From an uncultured Muribaculaceae bacterium (lineage in GTDB: Bacteria > Pseudomonadota > Alphaproteobacteria > Rs-D84), in NCBI GenBank assembly GCA_965231035.1, contig OZ246409.1, positions 481,101 through 513,100 of the forward strand: DNA of 32,000 bases, given 5' to 3'. This document shows positions 20,038-28,517 of this stretch, piece after piece. How positions within the stretch are numbered: position 1 is the stretch's first letter; each line of letters starts with the position of its first letter. The notes beneath the pieces are model-generated. The model searched no databases. It was given only the letters and a program-made list of their open reading frames with translations, and was not told the origin of the DNA. The translations under genes and the position numbers were made by a program.

Positions 20038-20976
20038 TTATTCTGGTTTTATTATATCATAATTATTTGAATCACTGAACAGTTTTTTCAAAACTAAATT
20101 ATTCAGTGCATGTCCGCTTTTATATGCTTCTATTTTACCAAAAACAAAACCACCAGATGTAAACATATCGCCCAGTAAATCAACTAATTGATGACGAACA
20201 AATTCATCTGGCCATTTCAGTTTATTTATTGTTCCATCACCTTTATCATTTAATGCGATTACATTATTTTCATTTGCTCCTCTGGCCATTCCCTTAGATT
20301 TCAGATATTCCCATTCAGAATATCTTCCAAATGTTCTGGCTGCAGAGATTTCTGCCTTGAAAACATTCACTGATTTTTTTGTTCCATCAAATAAAAATTC
20401 AAAACTTTGGCGACCTATGATTTTGTCAGGATAATCAAAAGTAGCATTTATTTTTAACCCTTCGGAAAATGGTGACAATTTTATAAACCCATTATTTTTT
20501 CTTCCCAACAGCCAGTCATGTGCCAAAACCTTTAATCTTGATATTATTGATAACTGTTTCATAACTTCTGATTTTTTAATAACAATCTCTTTTTTAACAA
20601 TAATTTTTTGCAATTTTTTTCCAACTACTTGGTGCTTGGAAAATATTTCTAAAAATTCTTTTGCACTGCCGTCCAAGATTGGTGTTTCTGGACCATCAAT
20701 TTCTATTATTGCACTGTCCACACCAGAAATAAACAGCGCAGCCATCAAATGTTCAATTGTTTGAACATGTGCGCCATTCAGTTTTCCAATTGTTGTATTT
20801 CTGAATTTTGTTTCCCCAACATTGTCATATCTTGCAGGAATAAGTCCACTGCCTTTAATATCAACACGTTTGAAAAATATTCCATATTTTGCAGATGGTT
20901 TTATTTTGATTTTTACTGGTGTTCCAGAATGAATTCCAACCCCAGAAATTTTTATTTCATCTTTAAATGATGCCAT
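20038..20976 (-). CDS. lpxC: UDP-3-O-acyl-N-acetylglucosamine deacetylase
   Basis: 312 aa. TIEHLMAAL and SGHALNN motifs. Overlaps lpxK by 14 nt. Confidence 0.93.
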   Translation of the reverse strand: MASFKDEIKISGVGIHSGTPVKIKIKPSAKYGIFFKRVDIKGSGLIPARYDNVGETKFRNTTIGKLNGAHVQTIEHLMAALFISGVDSAIIEIDGPETPILDGSAKEFLEIFSKHQVVGKKLQKIIVKKEIVIKKSEVMKQLSIISRLKVLAHDWLLGRKNNGFIKLSPFSEGLKINATFDYPDKIIGRQSFEFLFDGTKKSVNVFKAEISAARTFGRYSEWEYLKSKGMARGANENNVIALNDKGDGTINKLKWPDEFVRHQLVDLLGDMFTSGGFVFGKIEAYKSGHALNNLVLKKLFSDSNNYDIIKPE

Positions 20977-21871
20977 TTGTTTTTCCTTTTAACCATGCCC
21001 AAAAAGCCGGTTCTATTGTTGTTTCCAGTTTTGCAACTTTGATTTTTTTCTGAATATCTGATGGTAATCTGACCCAATCTTTTTCAGTTGTTACCAAATC
21101 AGCATTTTCTTTTCTTGCCAATGAAAATAATTTATCTAAATCTGATTTTTTATAATTATAATGATCTGGGAATTTTTTAACTATTTCTGCCCGTGGCGAC
21201 AAACTATCAAAAAACTTTTGCGGATATCCAATTCCTGCAAAAGCAATTATCTTATTTTTAACCTTTGGCAAAATCGTTTTATTTGTTGCATAAAAAACAG
21301 GCTTGCCATAAAACTTATGTTTTAATTTCTGTTTTACACTCTTTATTATTATTACAGCATCAGCACGTTTTATTGCAAAAATAGGTTCACGTAACGGACC
21401 CGCAGGTAAAACAAAACCATTTCCAACACCAATATTTTCATCAAATACAATTATTGATAAATCTTTTTTTATGGTCGGATTTTGAAATCCATCATCCATA
21501 ACTATTGGTGTTTTTGATTTTTGTTTATTTAACAAAACTATATTTTTCTTACGGCTGCCAACATAGACATCTATGCCAGCTTTTTGAAGCATTTTTGCCT
21601 CGTCCCCTGATTGTAAATTCTTATTATTTTTTTTATAACCACGCATAACAACTGGCGCGTTTAAAAACTTTGCAACTTCCATAACTATCGGTGTTTTTCC
21701 AACACCACCTGCCAAAATATTTCCAATACAAATTACCGGTCTTTTTGAAGCTTTTTGCCAAAAAAGCCGGTAAAAATAAATGATCTTACTTGCAATATAA
21801 TAAACCACTGCAAACGGCAACAACAGGTATGCCCATAAGTTTTTTCTTAAAAACCATTCTGGGGTTTTCAT
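20963..21871 (-). CDS. lpxK: tetraacyldisaccharide 4'-kinase
   Basis: 302 aa. N-terminal TM and P-loop GNILAGGVGKTP. Confidence 0.9.
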   Translation of the reverse strand: MKTPEWFLRKNLWAYLLLPFAVVYYIASKIIYFYRLFWQKASKRPVICIGNILAGGVGKTPIVMEVAKFLNAPVVMRGYKKNNKNLQSGDEAKMLQKAGIDVYVGSRKKNIVLLNKQKSKTPIVMDDGFQNPTIKKDLSIIVFDENIGVGNGFVLPAGPLREPIFAIKRADAVIIIKSVKQKLKHKFYGKPVFYATNKTILPKVKNKIIAFAGIGYPQKFFDSLSPRAEIVKKFPDHYNYKKSDLDKLFSLARKENADLVTTEKDWVRLPSDIQKKIKVAKLETTIEPAFWAWLKGKTNGII

Positions 21872-22632
21872 TTCTTTTTATTTTCGCGTTTGTGCTTTTT
21901 ATACTCACGTGCAGTTTGATCTTGTTCCACCACTGGCAGATTAAATTCAGCATCCATACGACGTACTTGATTAACCATAAAATCTTCAAGTTTTTTACGT
22001 GCTATTTCAAAATCTTCTTTGCTTATTTCTGGGTCAATAAAAATAGGTTGACCAAATTCACAGGTTAGTTTTGAAAATGGTTTCGCAACCAAATATCTAT
22101 CCCATCTGTCTTGGAACCAAGCCCGAGAACAAGAATAACATACAGGAATAATTGGTGCACCAGTCATTTTTGCAAAATACAGGGCACCTTCTTGTAAACG
22201 CAACGATGGACCACCAGGTCCGTCAGGTGAAAGGCTTAGAACATTTCCACCGGCCCTTAATTTTTTAACACCTTGACGCAAAACAGATATTCCACCTTCG
22301 GAAGTGCTGCCATAAATAGGTTTCAGACCAAACAGTCTTTGCAACTTCGCCATCATTCTTCCATCACGATGACGGCTGGATATAGCATAACCACGAATTC
22401 CATAACGTCTTACAATTGGTGATAACATCATGCTGCGACCATGCCAGAATATAAATATTGAAGGTTTTCTGCGATATTCATTGAATATTTTACGACCTGT
22501 TATTTTTTTCCAACTGGTATAAAAAACAAACCAAATTGCAGTAGCCATTAAAACTGCAACTACCCATTGCATAAAAGGTAATTTTAGAATTGGCTCCCAA
22601 AAAGTTTTCCAAATTTTTCTGAACGTTTTCAT
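21868..22632 (-). CDS. DUF374 domain protein (lysophospholipid acyltransferase-like, typically linked to kdtA/lpxK)
   Basis: 254 aa. N-terminal TM. Motifs FWHGR, SRHRDG, SPDGPGGP. 4-nt overlap with lpxK. Confidence 0.75.
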   Translation of the reverse strand: MKTFRKIWKTFWEPILKLPFMQWVVAVLMATAIWFVFYTSWKKITGRKIFNEYRRKPSIFIFWHGRSMMLSPIVRRYGIRGYAISSRHRDGRMMAKLQRLFGLKPIYGSTSEGGISVLRQGVKKLRAGGNVLSLSPDGPGGPSLRLQEGALYFAKMTGAPIIPVCYSCSRAWFQDRWDRYLVAKPFSKLTCEFGQPIFIDPEISKEDFEIARKKLEDFMVNQVRRMDAEFNLPVVEQDQTAREYKKHKRENKKK

Positions 22633-22711
22633 ATTTTCCTCTAATTCCGGGAAATTCTATCAAGTTTAATCAAACATTTCAAGGGAATCAAAGGCTTTGA
22701 AAGTTTTTTAT

Positions 22712-22739
22712 TTGACAGAGGCTTGTTTTGCTATATAAT
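22712..22739 (+). promoter_or_regulatory. consensus sigma70 promoter for initiator tRNA
   Basis: Perfect TTGACA (22712-22717), 16-nt spacer, perfect TATAAT (22734-22739). Lies 15 nt upstream of the tRNA. Confidence 0.65.
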
Positions 22740-22754
22740 GCAGCGACTATTTAT

Positions 22755-22831
<77 letters not shown>

Positions 22832-22865
22832 AATAAAAAATAAACCGCCTGTTTTTGGCGATTTT
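22832..22865. terminator. weak bidirectional hairpin between tRNA-fMet and the HExxH gene
   Basis: CGCC (22846-22849) / 7-nt loop / GGCG (22857-22860), with an A-run on the left and a T-run on the right. The stem is only 4 bp. Confidence 0.3.
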
Positions 22866-23495
22866 TTAATCATAAACCATACATTGTTTTATTCGGTCGT
22901 TGCTGCTGTTTTCGTCCACTTGTTTATTACGGATTTCTTGCTCGGCCTGTATTTTCTGATTAATTAATATTAAGTCTGGATGTTCTTGCATTTTTTTATT
23001 AAGTAGATCCAAAGCACCATCTATTTGGCTTTCATCGCTGACAAATACAGGCATTATCGAATTGGCAGCAGAATACACAGATTTTATTATCTTTTCTTGG
23101 TAATTATCTATTACAGATAAATATGCGCGTATATGTTCGTCTTCATGCGCCAAAACCGCGTTATATGCACAAGATTCTGGAATATGACTTGAATCAATTT
23201 TAACCAAGAAATCACTGTAACCGATTGTTGCATGGACCGATTTCAAACTGATACAAAAACCATCTTCAATAGATGTTGTATCACCTATAATATCATAATT
23301 TTCATCCAAGGTCGCAATCACATCACCATGCAATAAATCCATTGGTTTTAACGGCTGCACAACTTCTTTGGTCCAATCTGGCGTTTCTAATTCTATTTTT
23401 GGATTTAATTTATAAGACAAACAATCAACATCATCTGCCCATGCAGACAATGAGAAAATAACAAAAAGTAAAGAGCAAACGAAAACTTTTTTCAT
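22866..23495 (-). CDS. secreted HExxH protein, possibly DUF922/COG5661-type predicted Zn protease
   Basis: 209 aa. Signal peptide ending SAWA|DD. Motif LAHEDEHIRAY (HExxH) after a Cys-containing beta-rich half. Helical C-terminus. Confidence 0.4.
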   Translation of the reverse strand: MKKVFVCSLLFVIFSLSAWADDVDCLSYKLNPKIELETPDWTKEVVQPLKPMDLLHGDVIATLDENYDIIGDTTSIEDGFCISLKSVHATIGYSDFLVKIDSSHIPESCAYNAVLAHEDEHIRAYLSVIDNYQEKIIKSVYSAANSIMPVFVSDESQIDGALDLLNKKMQEHPDLILINQKIQAEQEIRNKQVDENSSNDRIKQCMVYD

Positions 23496-23501
23496 AGGTT
23501 T

Positions 23502-23531
23502 ATTATACTAGAAATAATACAAATTCTACAA
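23502..23531 (-). promoter_or_regulatory. candidate internal promoter for the HExxH gene (near-leaderless)
   Basis: On the minus strand: TTGTAG (23531-23526), 18-nt spacer, TATAAT (23507-23502). Only 6 nt (AAACCT, no SD) precede ATG 23495. Confidence 0.3.
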
Positions 23532-23534
23532 AAA

Positions 23535-25943
23535 CTATTCTGTTACACCCTGTTTACGAAGGTATTCAGCAACAAAGTTGTTTCCATATTGTTTATATAA
23601 ATCTTCGGCCAATAATACAGAAGATCTGCCAGATTCAAACAATCTCAACAAATTACCTAATCCACCAAGTTCAGTGTTTAAAATCACAGATTCTCCGTTT
23701 ACTGGGCGTGACAGCAAGACCGCACGTTTCAAGTTTGGATATGCTTTACCTTGAATAAACGCCATTTCCAAAGGATTCAAATTCCAATACTGATAATCGT
23801 TTGCATCGGCAGCTGGGTTACGGAAGAACATAACCGTTTGTGCTTGACCACGAACTACATCGCCTATATTTAATTTATCAAGAACATTTGCGCGTTGAAA
23901 TGATACCATATACGCTTGTCTATTCTTACGACCTTCTTGTAATCCGACAACAAAATTATCGCGAAACATTTTGTTTTCCAACATAGGTGCTGTTTCGTCA
24001 ATCATAATCAAGCTAGGATTTCCACCGCTGACAGTTGTATTGTTTATTCTGTGTAGAATATAAGAAATAACAGCCGGAGCCAATGTTTCATCTTGTAATA
24101 TTTCTGTAAAATCAAATGTTGTCAGTCTGGATTTTAAATCCAAAGTGTCTGAATCTTCATTAAATATCTGACCATACTGCAATGGATCAACCCATTTTTT
24201 TATTTCAGCACGCATTTTACCATCTGATGAAAAACAACTTTCCCACAGGTTTTTCAACTGTCTATTTTCATTTGATAAATAATCAAAATTCACAGATACA
24301 GCACGCGCGATTTCATCTTCTGACTGTGGATCGTTTTGCCCAGAAATCATTGCAAACCAACGACGAAGAAATGCACGGTTTGCAACAGAATCTTCCATTT
24401 TTAAAGGATTTAAATGTGCCTCAAAATTCATTCCTTCGGATTTTTCTTTGCCTTGCATAGTTACATATTTTCCACCAACAGAAAGTGTAAATATTTCTGC
24501 ACCTTTATTTCTATCAAAGAAGAATGCTTTCAATTTTGGATGACGTAAAGATTGTGCGATTAGGAAAGAAAATAATGTTGTTTTACCGCTTCCTGTTGGA
24601 CCAATGGTCAAAGTATGTCCGACCGCGGCTGGTTTATCAGAAATATGGAATTGAAATTGGTATGGTGTTCCCTGGGCGGTTGGAAAAACAACCAATGGTC
24701 CTGCACCCCAATCACAATTTTCAACACCGCGAGGAGTATTTGACATAGGAATACTGATAGCTGCTGTTTTTGAAAGCATTTTGAAACTGCGTGGAAAAAC
24801 ATCAAAACCTGGAATTTGTGCAAACCAAGAAACTTTGGATGCGAAATTTTCTATAATCGGTGATATACCAAACCCGGCACAAATTTTTTTAAATTCTTCT
24901 ATGTTTTTTTGCAAAGAATCTTCTGTTTCGCCAAACAAAACAAACAATGGATAATAATTTATTAAACTCTGTGTGCCGCTGATATTTTCATCCATAGCGT
25001 TTTCAGCTTCATATATTTGTGTTTCAGTAACATTTTCATTTTGTTCCGTAGTTGATCTTCTTTGACGAATAACAGTATCTATGGCTGTTGTTCCCATTAT
25101 TTTAAAAGCATTCATACAAACCATTTCACATTGAATAGTTGTTACAGAATTAAAAAATTCTTCATCCAGAAAATCTGGTGAAACCTTGAACGAGGCTGTT
25201 GCTGAAAAAGATTGCTTTGAACCACTGGTAGATTTGATTAAACCATTACTTAAAAATTCTACACTATCAACAGTTATTAGTTCTGTAACTTTTTGATCAC
25301 ACTTTTGTGGTTTTGGTTTTGTTATCGGTGATAATATTCGACCCATTAATTTTGCCATATTTTCAGAATTATCATTCTTTAATAAACTTGGTCGATAAGC
25401 AGCCAAAATAGACTCCAGGTAACTGCTGTATTGTTTTAACCTCTCGTTGGCCTTTTGTCCAGAAACAGAAATTATAACATAGTAATTATTCGTGAAAATC
25501 TTTAATCCTTGGTCGCGCCAGTTATCATATATTTTTTGTAATACAGGTTGATCAAATTCATAATCTGTTTTTTCTTCTGCAAAATCACGTATTGTGAAAA
25601 ATCTCATCGTTACGTTAGGATCACGAATCTGATTAAATAATTGTGTTCTTAAATCCAAGAATTGTTCACGAGTTTTATCATCTTGCATACTTGTTTGGAC
25701 ACCTTCTAATTTATATGCACAAATAACAGATCCATCAGTTAAATTAATTGTATTATCGGTATTTACAGATTTAAAAGGTAAATATTGTGAATATTTTTTA
25801 TAACCAAATTTTGGGAATACTAGAACTGTTAATGTTGGGATATATAACATCATTATAACAAAAACAAAAATTACTGCCATAACCAGAATAACCAAAGTTA
25901 TAGGAAAGCCGCCTCCAACAAAATATTCAAAAAAGTTTTTCAT
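23535..25943 (-). CDS. virB4: type IV secretion system ATPase VirB4/TrbE family
   Basis: 802 aa. Walker A GPTGSGKTT, Walker B LIMIDETA. Hydrophobic N-terminal extension (ITLVILVMAVIFVFVIMMLYIPTLTVLVF). Starts 1 nt after the virB3 stop. Confidence 0.9.
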   Translation of the reverse strand: MKNFFEYFVGGGFPITLVILVMAVIFVFVIMMLYIPTLTVLVFPKFGYKKYSQYLPFKSVNTDNTINLTDGSVICAYKLEGVQTSMQDDKTREQFLDLRTQLFNQIRDPNVTMRFFTIRDFAEEKTDYEFDQPVLQKIYDNWRDQGLKIFTNNYYVIISVSGQKANERLKQYSSYLESILAAYRPSLLKNDNSENMAKLMGRILSPITKPKPQKCDQKVTELITVDSVEFLSNGLIKSTSGSKQSFSATASFKVSPDFLDEEFFNSVTTIQCEMVCMNAFKIMGTTAIDTVIRQRRSTTEQNENVTETQIYEAENAMDENISGTQSLINYYPLFVLFGETEDSLQKNIEEFKKICAGFGISPIIENFASKVSWFAQIPGFDVFPRSFKMLSKTAAISIPMSNTPRGVENCDWGAGPLVVFPTAQGTPYQFQFHISDKPAAVGHTLTIGPTGSGKTTLFSFLIAQSLRHPKLKAFFFDRNKGAEIFTLSVGGKYVTMQGKEKSEGMNFEAHLNPLKMEDSVANRAFLRRWFAMISGQNDPQSEDEIARAVSVNFDYLSNENRQLKNLWESCFSSDGKMRAEIKKWVDPLQYGQIFNEDSDTLDLKSRLTTFDFTEILQDETLAPAVISYILHRINNTTVSGGNPSLIMIDETAPMLENKMFRDNFVVGLQEGRKNRQAYMVSFQRANVLDKLNIGDVVRGQAQTVMFFRNPAADANDYQYWNLNPLEMAFIQGKAYPNLKRAVLLSRPVNGESVILNTELGGLGNLLRLFESGRSSVLLAEDLYKQYGNNFVAEYLRKQGVTE

Positions 25944-25944
25944 T

Positions 25945-26241
25945 TTATGCTTTCAATCCCTTTGGTATTCTTGCTTTGAAAAGTTGTATTTTAGATGAAA
26001 TAATTTGTGCTAATTGTGGTTCTTGTTTTGAAAAACCAGCAATTATTGTATGTGTTATTATTACAGATATTAAGAAAATTAAAGGATCTGCACTGGATCT
26101 ACCGCCTGAAACTATTAAACTACCTATAAAAATAATTATAAAAATTATAAATTGTACAGCAAAATTAACTACCGCCAAAGAATACGGTACATAAAATATT
26201 CGCGATGGATTGGCTAAGGCTTTTAAAACCTGCTGTCTCAT
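25945..26241 (-). CDS. virB3: type IV secretion system protein VirB3/TrbD family
   Basis: 98 aa. LKALANPSRIFYVPYSLAVVNF motif followed by two TM helices. AGGGAG SD. Confidence 0.8.
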   Translation of the reverse strand: MRQQVLKALANPSRIFYVPYSLAVVNFAVQFIIFIIIFIGSLIVSGGRSSADPLIFLISVIITHTIIAGFSKQEPQLAQIISSKIQLFKARIPKGLKA

Positions 26242-26261
26242 ACTTCTCCCTACCTTTTGAA

Positions 26262-26290
26262 ATTATAACAATTTCAACAGTTTTCAACAA
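26262..26290 (-). promoter_or_regulatory. sigma70-like promoter with extended -10 for virB3-virB4
   Basis: On the minus strand: TTGTTG (26290-26285), 17-nt spacer, TGTTATAAT (26270-26262). A short leader carries the AGGGAG SD. Confidence 0.45.
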
Positions 26291-26313
26291 GCATAAAAAC
26301 AAAATTGGAAAAA

Positions 26314-26422
26314 TTGTTAAAAATACTTAAAACTATTGTTTTTTTAACTGTTAATTATTTGTATAAATTTTTAACAATTTTTTATTTTTTATTATAAAAC
26401 TAATATTTTTTTGTTAAAAATA
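26314..26422 (+). repeat. exact 12-mer direct repeat TTGTTAAAAATA (26314-26325 and 26411-26422) plus a 10-bp inverted pair in the AT-rich spacer
   Basis: Read directly from the sequence. AAATTGTTAA (26311-26320) is the exact reverse complement of TTAACAATTT (26371-26380). Confidence 0.5.
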
Positions 26423-26497
26423 TGTTTATTATTTATTAAATATTTATTTAAACAAAACTGACAGATACAACAAAAACAACAATAATATAATAAAAGA

Positions 26498-26525
26498 TTG
26501 ATTTTTTATAAAAACCGTTTATAAT
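26498..26525 (+). promoter_or_regulatory. sigma70-like promoter for rpmJ
   Basis: TTGATT (26498-26503), 16-nt spacer, TATAAT (26520-26525). AAAAGGA SD before ATG 26549. Confidence 0.5.
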
Positions 26526-26548
26526 CGCAAAGCAAAAAGGAAATTAAT

Positions 26549-26683
26549 ATGAAATTTTTAAGCTCTTTAAAGGCTTGGAAGAAGCGCGGTAACATAAAAC
26601 AAATACGCCGTGGTAAGCAAGTCATTCTTATTGACCCTGATAAGCCTAAATTTAAGGCCAAACAAGGTTTTAAGAAAAAATAA
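26549..26683 (+). CDS. rpmJ: 50S ribosomal protein bL36 (Cys-less type)
   Basis: 44 aa, so below the ORF-track cutoff. The sequence MKFLSSLKAWKKRGNIKQIRRGKQVILIDPDKPKFKAKQGFKKK matches the MKVxSSLKxxKxR...RRxGxxxVIxxxxPxFKAxQG pattern. It has an SD, a promoter and a terminator. Confidence 0.85.
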   Translation: MKFLSSLKAWKKRGNIKQIRRGKQVILIDPDKPKFKAKQGFKKK

Positions 26684-26684
26684 G

Positions 26685-26710
26685 AAATCCGCGTTATGCG
26701 GGTTTTTTAT
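26685..26710. terminator. Rho-independent terminator after rpmJ (also faces the convergent SufD-like gene)
   Basis: CCGC (26689-26692) / GTTAT loop / GCGG (26698-26701), extended by A-T pairs, then TTTTTT (26703-26708). Confidence 0.65.
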
Positions 26711-26714
26711 TTTA

Positions 26715-27395
26715 TTAAAATAGCTCGAAATTATTAATAAAAGCCTCTTCTAAGACATTTTTTATTTCTTGGGATGATAACCCAGCTTCACGTAAAAACT
26801 CTACCTGGAAATTGTTTGGTTTATAAATAGACGCAGAATGACCAGCTGATAATGGTGCAGAAGAAATAAGTTGAGATGGTAAAAATTCAATCTTGGCAGA
26901 TTTATCAGCTAAAGCAGAAAAAGTAATATCAGAATCACAATTAGAAAATCTGGAACCTATTTTTGCAGTACCGTTTAATATTGTGTTTGAATTTTTATGT
27001 GCAACAAATTTATTATGAATTTTTACAGTTGTGTCAGATTCCAAATGTTCTGCAATTTCTTCTATTTTTAATTCAGAATAATTTTGTGCTATTACTTCAC
27101 CAAGAAACGAAGAGTTTTTACCGGTATTTTTGATAAAAATATTCAAAAAAGCCGGTTTTTTATTTTGAATTTTTGCAGTTAAAAAAACTTCCTGGTTTGG
27201 GATTTTAATATTAATATTTAAACTTTTGTCACCTTCAATATCCCCAAAATAAATAATATGAATCGGCAAATTATATTTTTTATCAATAACAACAGATTCC
27301 AAAGTTGATAGTTCTGGAACAAAAACACCGTCACGGTAAACAATAGTTTCCGCTAGAAAGGTTTTTATATTGAATTCTTGCCAAAGATAGTTCAT
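26715..27395 (-). CDS. short stand-alone SufD/SufB-family (SufBD core domain) protein
   Basis: 226 aa. The C-terminal signature SAGHSASIYKPNNFQVEFLREAGLSSQEIKNVLEEAFI matches the SufB/SufD pattern (H.A..G.....Q.FYL..RGl....A..ll..aF). About half the length of canonical SufD. Confidence 0.6.
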   Translation of the reverse strand: MNYLWQEFNIKTFLAETIVYRDGVFVPELSTLESVVIDKKYNLPIHIIYFGDIEGDKSLNINIKIPNQEVFLTAKIQNKKPAFLNIFIKNTGKNSSFLGEVIAQNYSELKIEEIAEHLESDTTVKIHNKFVAHKNSNTILNGTAKIGSRFSNCDSDITFSALADKSAKIEFLPSQLISSAPLSAGHSASIYKPNNFQVEFLREAGLSSQEIKNVLEEAFINNFELF

Positions 27396-27436
27396 ATTAG
27401 CCTCGTCAACTTATAATCATTATAGAGGAAATAAAA

Positions 27437-28516
27437 ATGGGTTTCAATTGTGGAATTGTTGGATTACCAAATGTTGGAAAATCGACTTTGTTTAATGCAC
27501 TGACTGAAAGTGCAGCGGCTGATGCTCAAAATTATCCTTTTTGTACAATAGAGCCAAATACTGGGCGTGTAGTGGTCCCAGATGAAATTTTATTAAAACT
27601 AGCAGCAGTTGAAAAATCACAAAAAATCATACCAACACAGCTTGAAATAGTTGATATTGCAGGTCTGGTCAAAGGTGCCAGCAGTGGCGAAGGTTTAGGA
27701 AATAAATTTTTAGGAAATATTTTAGCTGTGGATGCAATAATCCATGTTATCAGATGTTTTGAAAATGATGATATTGTGCATGTAAATGGAAAAATAGATC
27801 CGTTATCAGATATAGAAATAATTGAAACAGAATTGATGTTGGCGGATTTAGAATCCTTGGACAAGCAGATAAAAAATCTGGAAAAAAAGGCTCGTGGTCT
27901 GGATAAAGAGGCAGTAAAAATGCTGTCGGATGCTACCGAAGTTAAAAAAGGTCTAGAATCTGGAATACCAGCCAGATTACAACAAATTGATGCAACCCCG
28001 TTTAATTTATTAACAAAAAAGCCGGTAATTTATGTTTGCAATGTCGAAGAGTCGTCTGCTGCAACCGGAAATAAATTTTCTGATATGGTAAAAAACAAAT
28101 TGGATGGTCAATCGCCAGTTCTGGTAATTTCATCAAAAATAGAAATGGAAATTTCACAAATTGTTGATTTAGAAGAAAGAAAGATGTTTTTAAACGATTT
28201 GGGATTAAACGAATCTGGACTGTCCCAGGTTATCCGTGTTGGTTATGAAACATTGGGGTTACAGACATTTTATACTGTTGGGCCAAAGGAAGCACACGCA
28301 TGGACAATAACACGCGGTATGACTGCACCCCAGGCAGCCGGTAAAATTCATACAGATTTTGAAAAAGGTTTTATTCGTGCAGAAATAATTTCACCAGCAG
28401 ATTATTTGGCATTGGGCAGCGAAACGGCGGTCAAGGAAGCTGGAAAAATGCGTCTAGTCGGCAGAGATTATGTGATGACCGAAGGTGATATCTGTCATTT
28501 CTTGTTTAATAATTAA
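27437..28516 (+). CDS. ychF: ribosome-binding ATPase YchF (Obg-like)
   Basis: 359 aa. G1 motif GIVGLPNVGKST, then DIAGLVKGAS. C-terminal TGS-like domain (GFIRAEI). Confidence 0.95.
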   Translation: MGFNCGIVGLPNVGKSTLFNALTESAAADAQNYPFCTIEPNTGRVVVPDEILLKLAAVEKSQKIIPTQLEIVDIAGLVKGASSGEGLGNKFLGNILAVDAIIHVIRCFENDDIVHVNGKIDPLSDIEIIETELMLADLESLDKQIKNLEKKARGLDKEAVKMLSDATEVKKGLESGIPARLQQIDATPFNLLTKKPVIYVCNVEESSAATGNKFSDMVKNKLDGQSPVLVISSKIEMEISQIVDLEERKMFLNDLGLNESGLSQVIRVGYETLGLQTFYTVGPKEAHAWTITRGMTAPQAAGKIHTDFEKGFIRAEIISPADYLALGSETAVKEAGKMRLVGRDYVMTEGDICHFLFNN

Positions 28517-28517
28517 T

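Noticed and set aside
22832-26548. Genomic-island boundaries: a direct repeat of the tRNA-fMet 3' end (att site), or an integrase, flanking the virB3-virB4 segment.
   Set aside because: No copy of the tRNA 3' segment (…CAAACTCCGCAACCA) was found in the 26.2-26.5 kb spacer, and no integrase or transposase-like ORF is present.
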